DNA of 64,000 bases from the human T2T-CHM13v2.0 reference genome, Homo sapiens: NCBI RefSeq assembly GCF_009914755.1, contig NC_060947.1; one strand, 5' to 3'. The notes below the pieces were generated by a model. That model worked only from the letters and a program-made list of their open reading frames with translations, was not told the DNA's origin and ran no database searches. A program made the position numbers and the translations under genes. Each line of letters opens with the position of its first letter. The first letter of the stretch is position 1. Of the stretch, positions 40,191 through 64,000 are shown piece after piece.

Positions 40191-40264
40191 TAAGGTTGGT
40201 GCAAAAGTAATTGCAGTTTTTGTAACGTGATGGCAAAAGCCACAATTACTTTTGCACCAACTTA
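40191..40264. mobile_element. MADE1 (Hsmar1 mariner MITE), palindromic, inside the TA-rich linker of an AluJ
   Basis: Inverted termini ggttggtgcaaaagtaattg...caattacttttgcaccaact in a TA context. Confidence 0.92.
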
Positions 40265-40669
40265 ATATAAATATAGTTATATATATAATGCTTATACTTA
40301 AATATATAAAAGCCAGACGTGGTGGCACATGCCTGTTGTCCCAGCTACTTCGGAGGCTGAGGTTGGAAGGAACACGAGCCCAGGAGGTGGAGGCTGCCGT
40401 AAGCCAGCATCACACCACTGTACCCTAGTGTGGGCAACAGAGTGAGACCTTGTCTCAAAAACAAAAACAAAAACAAAAAACACTTCCAATTAGAGTCTTT
40501 AGACAGCACATTTCTTTGAAAGTTCCACTTTTCCACCCTCCTCCCTCACTCTGGCCCCACCACCAGAGGCAAAAAGAGTCACTGGCACTGCCCTCCTTTT
40601 GGGATCCCTGTGTCCAAGGAGGTGGGCCTGCACTGTCCCCAAAGAGTTCCAAGGTCAAACCCTCCATTA

Positions 40670-41044
<375 letters not shown>

Positions 41045-41449
41045 TTACAAGTATGTTCACCTTCTCTGTAGCTTTTCTACCCTCGATAGCATCTTTTGAT
41101 GAGCAGGTGCTTTTTTTTTTTTTTTTTTTTTGAGAGGGAGTCTCGCTCTGTTGCCCAGGCTGGAGTGCAGTGGCACCATCTCGGCTCACTGCAATCTCCG
41201 CCTCCTGGGTTCAAGCGATTCTCTGCCTCAGCCTCCCGAGTAGCTGGGACTACAGGCGCCCGCCACCATGCCCGGCTAATTTTTGTTTTTGTTGTTGTTT
41301 TTGTTTTTTTTTTCTTTTAGTACAGATGGTGTTTCACCATCTTGGCCAGGCTGGTCTTGAACTCCTGACCTCACGATCCACCCGCCTCAGGCTCCCAAAG
41401 TGCTGGGATTACAGACATGAGCCACCGTGCCTAGCCTGAGCAGGTGCTC

Positions 41450-45510
<4,061 letters not shown>

Positions 45511-46199
45511 ATGCATCCCAGCAACTCGGGAGGCTGAAATATGAGAGTTTCTTCAGCCTGGGAGGCAGAGGTTACAGTGAGCTGAGATCGCGCCAATGCA
45601 CTCCAGCGTGGGAGACAGAGTAAAACTGTCTCAAAAAAAAAAAAGCACCGATTCCATCTGGTTGTTTTCAAAAGGAAAAATTAATTGTATTTCTCTGAAA
45701 ATGAAAATGACTGTTTTGGGAAACTCTAAGTTTACCATCCCTGGAGACTTTAAAGCAAAGGCTGGACCAGTATGTGTCTAGGAGGCTACACAGGAAATTC
45801 CTGCACACAAGAGAAGGTTAGAGGGTATGACATCTAAGGTCTTTTCTAAACTTCAGTGATGAAGATCCTGTGACTCTGCATTTCTATAAATCCTATCATT
45901 GGGCCAGGCACAGTGGCTCATGCCTGTAATCCCAGCACTTTGGGAGTCCGAGGCAGACAAATCACCCGAGGTCAGGAGTTTGAGACCAGCCAGGCCAACG
46001 TGGTAAAACTCCATCTCTACTAAAAATACAAAAATTAGCCGGGGGTGGTGGCACGCACCTGTAATCCCAGTTACTTGGGAGGGTGAGGCAGGAAAATCAC
46101 TTGTACTCAGAAGGCGGAGGTTGCGGTGAGCCGAGATCGTGCCACCGCACTCCAGCCTGGGTGACAGAGTGAGACTCCATCTCAAAAAAATAAATAAAT

Positions 46200-49460
<3,261 letters not shown>

Positions 49461-49879
49461 TAAAAGTAGATTAGCCTTAAGTAGGAAGAGGGGGATCTCT
49501 TCCTCTGAGATTTGAAAGAGAAAAAGATGGAGGCAGACACAACTAAGTGTGCCCTTAAGTTGCTGGTGCTTTGGAGATCCCTCTCTGGTCATCTACCAAG
49601 AGAGAGAGATTGCAGGGAGAGGCTTGAAGAAAGCAGCTGTAAACTGTTCCTTAGGGAAACAGGAGAGTTGCTGACCCAAAACATACATTAGGATTGACTA
49701 GCTGTGGTAAGAACCCATCTGACACTGGAACCATAAATTCACAGTGCCAAATATCCACTCATTGACAAGACATGAACACTCAACTATTTGGGTAAGACAT
49801 CAGACAAAACATATTGTAGGACTGATTCTAAATTGAGAGTTTGTAGGACAGATGTTATAGTTTTAAAAGAAGGTAAGAT

Positions 49880-51975
<2,096 letters not shown>

Positions 51976-52498
51976 AAAAAAAAAAAAAAGGAAAACAATA
52001 TGTTCCACACCATCTGCCATTAGGGAAATGCAAATTAAAATTACAAGATACCATGAAGAAACTGTTGCAAATTAGAGACCAAGGAGACATGGGCAGAGTG
52101 ACATGGAACCTAAAATGGCTCAGGCAACCTAGTTTTTTAAAAATCTTTTCAATTTATCTTAAAAAATAAAGTGACATTTCCAAATGTCACTAATTAATAG
52201 AGAACATTTTGCAACATTTTAATGTTTTGTCATACTTGATAATTTGCAAAAACAAAAACAAAAATATGATAAGACTCTCCAAAATGTCAACATGGCTCTT
52301 CATACCAACAGCAAAACGCTGTATTTCCTGTTAAAATACAAGTTAATAAAGAAAATAGAGAAACTAAATACTAACATATCATGTTATTTTAATAACTATT
52401 TAAATATGAGGTGTGGTGGCTCACACCTGTAATCCCAGCACTTTGGGAGGCTGAGGCAGGTGGATCACGAGGTCAGGAGATGGAGACCATCCTGGCTA

Positions 52499-52802
<304 letters not shown>

Positions 52803-53923
52803 TTATAGATGAAGCAACATGTGTAATTTCAACCAGATGTTGAAATGGTTTAGGATTAGTATCTAAAGACAAGTATTTCAGAAAATATGTAGAAAGGTAA
52901 CCATACACTTGCTACAGGGGGTCCTCTATGCAACTGTCTTGACTTTGCACTTTATTTTTCAAAATGAAATTATAATCTGTTCTGAATAATATATATGTTT
53001 TAAGTTCATAGAGGGAGTTCAGCATAGTTAAGAGCTCAGGTTTTAGAGTCAGATTTTTGGCTTTATTGCTTACTGGGCTATAGGATCTTGAGAAACTTAA
53101 AACTCTCTGAGCCTCGGAGTACTCATTTCTAAAACAAGGATGGTAACAGTTAATCCTGTCCCGTAGGATGTCGTGTTGTTTAGATTAAGATAATACCTGT
53201 AAAGTGCTTTCCATGGCATCCAACACATAGTAAGTGCTCAATAAAAGGTAGCTAGTATTATTGTTGCTATTCTTACTACTATTTTTTCATTATTACTGTT
53301 AATAAAATAATCACCCTTCAAATCTAAAAACAAAATAAAATAGGTTTAGAGGAAGTGAGCACATGAGAGTAGCAAGGATAGGTTGTGGTCAGAGAGCAGA
53401 GTACTGGATTTCAGAGGTGGAGTGGATGACATCCAGGCTGTGGTATGGGAGTTTGTGGCTAAAGTGCAGGAAAGGTAAAGGTCACTGTCTGGAGTTGAGG
53501 TTAAGGAACTGTAAGGTTATGGTTTCTCATCCACATGACGGTTAATTATCTCTCAGAATGAGGACGGGAAACAAGGTAGGGAGGAAGAATTGGTTGCAAA
53601 GACTTCACTGGATACAGGAAAATAACTGGGAAGAAGGTAACACAGCCCCATCCTGGGCCTTCCTGGGACCCCCACCCCTCTTTTTCCCAGTTCTTGCTAG
53701 CTCACATCTAACCTACTTTGCCTTGCAAATAAGGAGATCAGAAAAAAAGCAAAACAAACAAACAAACCAAACAAAAACAAAAACATACAAACAAAAAAAA
53801 ACCTGCCCTACTATCCTACTATCATCTCCCGGTAGCACCTCACGAACCTGCCTTGGGCACCTACTAAGTGCAACTTTTTGTAGATAATACAAGAAGGTTA
53901 ACACAACTCCTGTCCCAACACTT

Positions 53924-53929
53924 TTTAAT
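53924..53929 (-). terminator. Putative distal poly(A) signal ATTAAA of STEEP1
   Basis: Plus-strand tttaat. Downstream on the minus strand: TGTTGG..GTTGTGTT and a long (TTTG)-rich tract at about 53745-53800. Confidence 0.6.
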
Positions 53930-54154
53930 ACAGTTGAATGGATAAAAACATGGATACAAACACATGGATATAGGTATCATTGAAGCAGTGTGACATAAAA
54001 TAACATCTATATATACAACACTCCTCTGCAAATAACAAATGTAAAGTAAAAGATACCCAACAAATCATTTTGTTTATCTTGCTATCATTTCTTAATCTAT
54101 AACGTCTCCCTCCCATGTATCCATGCAAGGAAGCAGTATCAGCTGCCCGACTAG

Positions 54155-54494
<340 letters not shown>

Positions 54495-54654
54495 ACCCTT
54501 GGGTTACTTGAGACCCTACTTTCATTTGGATCTGAGCTGTCCTACCCACTCACTGCAATCTGGCTTTTCCTTCTTTGAGTATAAAGTCGATACGGGATGG
54601 CTCGCCTACAGCTTCAGTGTTTGAAGTAAAGAAAGCTTTATGCAGATTCTGGCT

Positions 54655-54660
54655 TTTAAT
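54655..54660 (-). terminator. Putative proximal poly(A) signal ATTAAA between the two 3'UTR Alus
   Basis: Plus-strand tttaat, with U-rich CTTTCTTTACTT about 20-30 nt downstream on the minus strand. Confidence 0.35.
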
Positions 54661-55008
54661 GGGTCTCCTCTGACAGTAGAAAGATTCAAACCACAGCCAA
54701 TTCCAAGAACCCTTCTAAGAACAGAGACAGAGTCACTTCAAAGGATCTGACTTGCTATACCTAAATATAATTCATGGTGCTTTTCCTATGACACACCATA
54801 ATATTTTGTCCAAAAATCTTGCAACATGTTATTAACTTTGAAGAAAGAATAAAAGCAGCCACTTTAGAGACTGGAGACACTCAAGCACTCATCTATTCAT
54901 AAAGTTTCTACACAGCTGAAGAAGTTTGCATCAAGTGGACAAAAAATAGTACAGAAAACCTAAATACAGAAAAATTCAGAAAACTCCATCTCCTAGAAAG
55001 CAGGGCAA

Positions 55009-55325
<317 letters not shown>

Positions 55326-55478
55326 TTAAAGACCTCACTGAATGTAGGAGAATCAATGGGAAACAACGTAAAGCCTTCTGCTAGGGCATAAATAGGAATC
55401 CGTCTATGTAATCAAGAAATTACTTTGCCTCCTGATCTAAATGCTTGCCTCTAGTCTAGGGCTTAGAAAAAGGCCTGG

Positions 55479-55541
55479 TTATTTGAACTGGTTGTCAATC
55501 AAGGTCCCCTTCATTTTCGCTTTCTTGGCTTCCAATTCAGC
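55479..55541 (-). CDS. STEEP1: STEEP1 terminal coding segment: AELEAKKAKMKGTLIDNQFK-stop
   Basis: Acceptor ttttttttctttctag|GCT; TAA stop at 55479-55481; matches the recalled STEEP1 C-terminus. Confidence 0.97.
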   Translation of the reverse strand, partial: AELEAKKAKMKGTLIDNQFK

Positions 55542-56511
55542 CTAGAAAGAAAAAAAAAGCATATGTCTTGATACATGACATGAAATTATTTTCCTTCCTT
55601 ATTCTAACCAACCCAAACACTCTCCCTTAATGTTCATTTAGTGTACAAACTAGAATCATGGTTCCCAAATCATTATATACCTCTAACATCTACTTTCCAA
55701 CCTTTCTGATGTTATAGCACATACACAAAAAATGCTATTTGTAGGCAAAATGGGCAAAAAGACAAGGCTGTGGCCACAGGAAATCAGCGCAGGGATTCCA
55801 GCAGCCCCAGCGCCCCCCACAGGCTGAGGGAACCAATACTGTGGCATACCAGTATGCTATTCTTGGCAGAACAGGAAGAACATCATTCTACAACAGTGCT
55901 ACTTAAAGTTATATGGTCTATGAACTATTTGTTATTGGTCCACACAAAATATGTACAAAAATGGATAGTAAGCATTTAGAAGCTTTTATAGCAATTTGAC
56001 ACAATAGTAATTTTTAAAATCTGATAAAAATTGAGACAATTCATTTTTATTGTATTTTATAAATTACAAATCTGTTCATGGAAATTTGAAAAAAGGAAAG
56101 CACTGGTCTTTCTGCCTTTGAAAGGTTGAGAAGCACTGTTCTAAACGACTATGGCAAGGTAAAGCAGCTCCCAGGACCCACCACTTCTGTCACCAAAAAC
56201 TCACTACAGACACAAAGAGACTGGTATACCTTTGGATGAGACACCAACATAGTGATATCTGATTTTGATGAAATATTTTAAGTAATTGTCAAAAAAAAAT
56301 ATATAGGCACCATCATACACAGATCCATATGCTCTAAGATGAGCCCATGAATAGTGCAGAAAACCACCAGTGCTTTAAGAAGCAATGACCAGCCCCAATC
56401 CTGGTACTACCAAGGTAGCCCTATCATGTGCCATTACATCCTGGGACAACGTCCAGAAACCCTGACCTTTAACTCCTGATCTTGGACCACAAGAAGCAGA
56501 TTAAAATATCA

Positions 56512-56880
<369 letters not shown>

Positions 56881-57064
56881 TTAAGGCCTAGATCCTGGGG
56901 TCACTACTACAGAGTAGGGTATACTGACAGTCACAGACCAGGGTTATAAAACTGGCAGCCAACTACTCTAAAACCTCCCAACAGATTTCCTAAAAGATTT
57001 CCCTGCCTGCTGAAAGGTCTTTCAGACCAAGACATCCAAATGATAGGGCCCCAGCACCTTGCTA

Positions 57065-57208
<144 letters not shown>

Positions 57209-57819
57209 TCACCAAGGAATAACAACAAAGACGTTAAGTCATAATGTATACTACTCAAATCATGAAATCATGACTAAAATGGCAGGACTCTGTTCCTTTT
57301 CCATTCTCCATCTTTTCAGTAATCCAGGAGCACTTAGGGTATTTTGTTTGATTGCTTGTTTGTTTGTTTGTTTTGAGACAGAGACTGACTCTGTTGCCCA
57401 GGCTGGAGTGCAGTAGCACAATCTTGGCTCACTGCAACCTCCACCTCCCGGGTTCAAGTGATTCTTCAGTAGCATTTACGTTTTAACCAAAACATATGTA
57501 AAACAGCAGATGACATCTTGCCATCAATATCGTTATACTGAAGAACCATAAAGGTAATTGCTACTACTACTGAGGACAGACTCACAAACCACGAGTTGGG
57601 CTGGAAGGAAACTGAAATCTTTCAGTCCAGTAGTTTCTCAAATTAAGAGGGATGAGCACTTTGCCCTCTAAGGCATCTCTAAAAATAGCATGGAGGAAAA
57701 AATCACTGATCTCATTCAACATCCAACTCCTTCGTTTTCATTTTACAGATGTCCCTGAGATTCAAGGAAACAGGAACTGGCTCACTGTCAGAGTTTCTTT
57801 TCTTTTCTTTTTTTTTTGA

Positions 57820-57978
<159 letters not shown>

Positions 57979-58236
57979 TAGTAAAAACGGGGTTTCACCA
58001 TGTTGGCCAGGCTGGTCTAGATCTCCTGACCTTATGATCCGCCCGTCTCGGTCTCCCAAACTGCTGGGATTACAGGCGTGAGCCACCACACCCAGCCCAT
58101 AGTTTCTTATCAGCAGAGCAGGGTCTAAAAGTGAAGTCTCTAATATTTCCACTACTCCAAGGCTCCCGCTCTAGAGTCCCCTTTCCTCGTACCCTTCTCC
58201 CCAAATTCCAGTTTCCTTAAGACCAGAGACACTTAC

Positions 58237-58326
58237 AGCCTCAATCTCCTCTTCCTCTTCATCAATGGTAGACACGGTGACAGAACTGAACTTGCCCATG
58301 TCTTTGGTCCGTTTGGTCATCATCAC
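58237..58326 (-). CDS. STEEP1: STEEP1 coding exon (90 nt, phase 0-0): [30 protein letters not shown]
   Basis: Acceptor ccag|GTG and donor GCT|gtaagt; 30 codons in frame with both neighbours. Confidence 0.97.
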
Positions 58327-59351
58327 CTGGAGTGGCAGGCAAGAAGAAGTCAGTCCGGTTCACCAAAACAGGATCCATGAGCCGTGAGTGTGTGCGCACA
58401 CGCCTGTGTGAGGGGCTGTGGGTATTGGGGGAAACACTACCTCTTTGGGACAGGATGACCTATTTAAAAGTGCCAATGTTTTTATTTACATATTTTTCTA
58501 ACATTTGCCATCAAAGGCTCTTATTTTTTTTTAATTTACTTTATTTTTTTGAAATAGCATCTCACTCTGCTGCCCAGGCTGGAATACAGTGGCACAATCA
58601 TAGCTCACTGCAACCTCAAACTCCTGGGCTCAAGTGATCTTCCTGCCTCAACCTCCCACGTAGCTAGGATTACAGGCATATGCCCCCACGCCTGGCTAAT
58701 TTTACATTTTTGTAGAGACTGGGTCTCGCAAAAAAAAAAAAAAAAAAGAAGGACAGAAGGTATAAAAAAGCATCCTTAACGCTTAATGTCTCAGGCTTGT
58801 ATCCAACTCCTGGCCTCAGGCAATCCTCCTGCCTCGGCCTCCCAAAGTGCTAGGATTACAGGCGAGAGACACTATGCATGGTCCATCATGGGTTCTTAAA
58901 ATTTATTTTTAATTACTTTTTTTTTTTTGAGATGGAGTCTCACTATTGTTGCCCAGCCTGAAGTGCAATGGTGCAATCTTGGCTCCGTAACCTCTGCCTC
59001 CTGGGTTCAAGCGATTCTCCTGCCTCAGCCTCCTGAGTAGCTGGGATTACAGGCATGCACCACCATGCCCAGCTAATTTTGTATTTTTAGTAGAGACGGG
59101 GTTTCTCCATGTTTGTCGGGCCGGTCTCGAACTCCTGACCTCAGGTGATCCGCCCACCTCGGCCTCCCAAAGTGCTGGGATTACAGGAGTGAGCCACTGC
59201 ACCCGGCCAATTAATTTTTTTTAAGAGACAGGGTCTTACTGTCACCCAGGCTGGAGTGCAGTGGCACAATCATAGCTGACTGTAACCTCAAACTCCTGGG
59301 CTAAAGTGATCCTCCCGCCTCAGTCTCCTGAATAGCTAGAACTATAGGTGA

Positions 59352-59540
<189 letters not shown>

Positions 59541-59755
59541 TAATTGTTCAAAAAAAAATTTGTAAAATAACACATGATATCTCTCCATAAAAAGAAGAAA
59601 ATTTGAAGGAAATTAATGTGAGTAAAAACCATACAATTTCTAACCTTAGTCATGAGGCAACTGTAGGAAAGAGAGAACACATAACAGGTGTTACAATTAC
59701 ATAGCATCTGTTTATACACAAAAATGGCACCCGATTAATAAAGAATGCATCCATA

Positions 59756-59900
59756 CACATGCTTGAGGGGATGAATACCCCATTTTCCATGATGTGATTA
59801 CACATTGCATACCTGTATCAAAATATCTCATGTACCCCATAAATATGTGCATCTATATACCCCCCAAATCGTTTTTAACTTTTAAAAAATAAAAATAAAG
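59756..59900 (+). mobile_element. Short L1MA-type 3' end in a STEEP1 intron
   Basis: gcttgagggggatgaataccccatttt..cctgtatcaaaatatctcatgtaccccataaat; same family as the 36.4-36.9 kb element. Confidence 0.8.
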
Positions 59901-60074
59901 TATAAGAATATATCCATAAAGAAAAAAGAAATAAAATAAGAAAAAGACAAAAAAAGAAAAAGAAATAAAAAGAATACATCCATAAAGAGCAGTTTCTCAT
60001 CACTATAATCTTATTTCAAAACATGAGCTAAATCTAGAGCTATATTAAGCAGTCTCTCCTTCAATGGTAATTAC

Positions 60075-60213
60075 CTTCTTAGGAGGCTCTTGTTTCTGAG
60101 TATATATGTTCGTTTTCCCAAAACCCTGGCCAAACTTGACTACTGCTCCATCCACAATGAAGGTAACAGGAGCATTCTTTGGCTGGGATTGGTAGAAGAG
60201 CGGCAGTCCACAC
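60075..60213 (-). CDS. STEEP1: STEEP1/CXorf56 internal coding exon (139 nt): (K)[46 protein letters not shown]
   Basis: Acceptor ttgcag|G (plus-strand ct at 60214-60215) and donor AAG|gtaatt (plus-strand ac at 60073-60074). The peptide matches the STEEP1 sequence as I recall it and splices in frame to the next exon. Upstream exons lie beyond the window end. Confidence 0.97.
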
Positions 60214-60376
60214 CTGCAATGACACAGTGAATTTCTGCGAGGTCTCATAATCCAAATTCCCAAAACAGCAATTTGCAAAGTGTGCTTAGACTCTGGGAAT
60301 ATTTCTGTTTGTGGCATAAACTAATGACTGGCTCTTCTCAGTGTCTCCCAAAACTACCTCTACCTGATAAGAATCA

Positions 60377-60695
<319 letters not shown>

Positions 60696-60861
60696 TCAAA
60701 GATACAACTTTGACTAGCCTCTTTGGGGAACATATTGGTATTTGTGCATAGTTGAAGTCTGAAGGCAGTTGATAAGGATAAAGACATAATGGGGGTCGGA
60801 CGAGGTGGCTCAGGCCTGTAATCCCAGCAGTTTTGGAGGCTGAGGTGGGCGGATGAACTCA

Positions 60862-61134
<273 letters not shown>

Positions 61135-61455
61135 TTATGCCTCTACTTGCCTATGCTTGGAGAAACCCACATTGTTAATACTTACTTTGCACATTTCTTC
61201 CTGTACTGTCGTTCAATGCCTTCAGGTCTGCACAGAAAATGGAAGTTAAAAAGATATGAACAAATCTCATTATGTATCAACCTTACTATCCCATTTCTTC
61301 AAACGCTAAGAGGCCCTTTCAAAAGTTTTCATTTGGGGGCCGGGCACGGTGGCTCACGCCTGTAATCCCAGCACTCTGGGAGGCTGAGGCGGGCGGATCA
61401 CCTGAGGTCAGGAGTTCGAGACCAGCCTCAACATGGGGAAACCCCGTCTCTACTA

Positions 61456-61664
<209 letters not shown>

Positions 61665-62056
61665 TCAACATTCCTCCCTTCCTGCAACAAACATTTATGG
61701 AGCCCCTGATACAGGTCAGGTATCTCCCTGACAAAGGAAGAGGAAGAGGAGGAGCAGTGTAGTCATAATCATAGGTAGCAATAGTAGTTGTAGTAATAAC
61801 AACAACAATAATAGCGGCAACCACTTATAAACCCTTTACTATGTGCCAAGAGCTATTCTAAAGTATACATGTATTAACTCGGCTGGGCACGGTGGCTCAC
61901 GCCTGCAATCCTAGCACTTTGGGAGGCCCAGGTGGGTGGATCATTTGAGGTAAGGAGTTCGAGACTATCCTGGCCAACATGGGGAAACTCCGTCTCTACT
62001 AAAAATATAAAAATTAGCTGGGCGTGGTGGCGGATGCCTGTAATCCCAGCTACTCA

Positions 62057-62197
<141 letters not shown>

Positions 62198-62639
62198 TCA
62201 TTTAATCCTTACAACAACTCTGTGAGGTATGTCATATTATTATTCCCACTTTATGAATGAAGAACCTAGGCCCACAGAGTATTACATGGCTTGCCCAAAG
62301 TCGTGGAGCTAGGAAGCAGAGGTTGAATTTAAGCCCAGGCAGTCAAGCTCAAGAGCCCACACAATACCACCTTAGACACCAAGTCATATACACAAGGACT
62401 CAATTCCACCCACACGGCTGTTTAACAGAAACCTGGGACTCATCCTTGATTCTTCTCTTCCCCTCATCTCCCACACTTACTTCATCAGCAAATTCTATGG
62501 ATTTTTATCTCCAAGAAAAGACCTTGAATCTGTCTGCTTGTCTCCACGTTCCTGCCACTATCTTAGCCTACACCACCATTATCAACTCCCTGGACGACTG
62601 TAACAAACGGTCCTGACTGGTCTCTTCACTTCCCCTCCC

Positions 62640-63978
<1,339 letters not shown>

Positions 63979-64000
63979 CTAGGTGCAGTGGCTCACGCCT

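Noticed and set aside
60045-60317. 90-aa ORF as a stand-alone gene
   Set aside because: Only 60075-60213 is exon; the rest is intronic read-through of the STEEP1 frame.

Overview
Primate (most likely human) genomic DNA, very Alu-dense (about 75-80 Alu copies or fragments counted by eye). It also holds L1, L2, MIR, MLT1, hAT and mariner MITEs and three ERV1-class solo LTRs. The only protein-coding sequence I can support is the 3' end of STEEP1 (CXorf56, STING ER exit protein 1) on the minus strand: four GT-AG-bounded coding exons at 55.5-60.2 kb plus a 3'UTR of about 1.6 kb carrying an inverted Alu pair. Positions 1 to about 53.9 kb look intergenic (from memory, the SLC25A5-STEEP1 interval on Xq24). 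Nearly all other ORFs in the track are Alu, LTR12 or L1 read-throughs. I found no new gene system. The most unusual structures are two local templated-copy events that both start at SINE homology: an inverted copy of an Alu plus 114 bp of flank (38.8-39.2 kb copied to 21.0-21.4 kb), and a direct 127 bp copy (35.7 kb to 38.0 kb). Other notable items are a possible poly(A)-site switch that would toggle the inverted-Alu duplex in the STEEP1 3'UTR, an LTR12C nested in an Alu, and several odd retrotransposition scars. Repeat family names come from recalled consensus sequences, and boundaries of old repeats are approximate.
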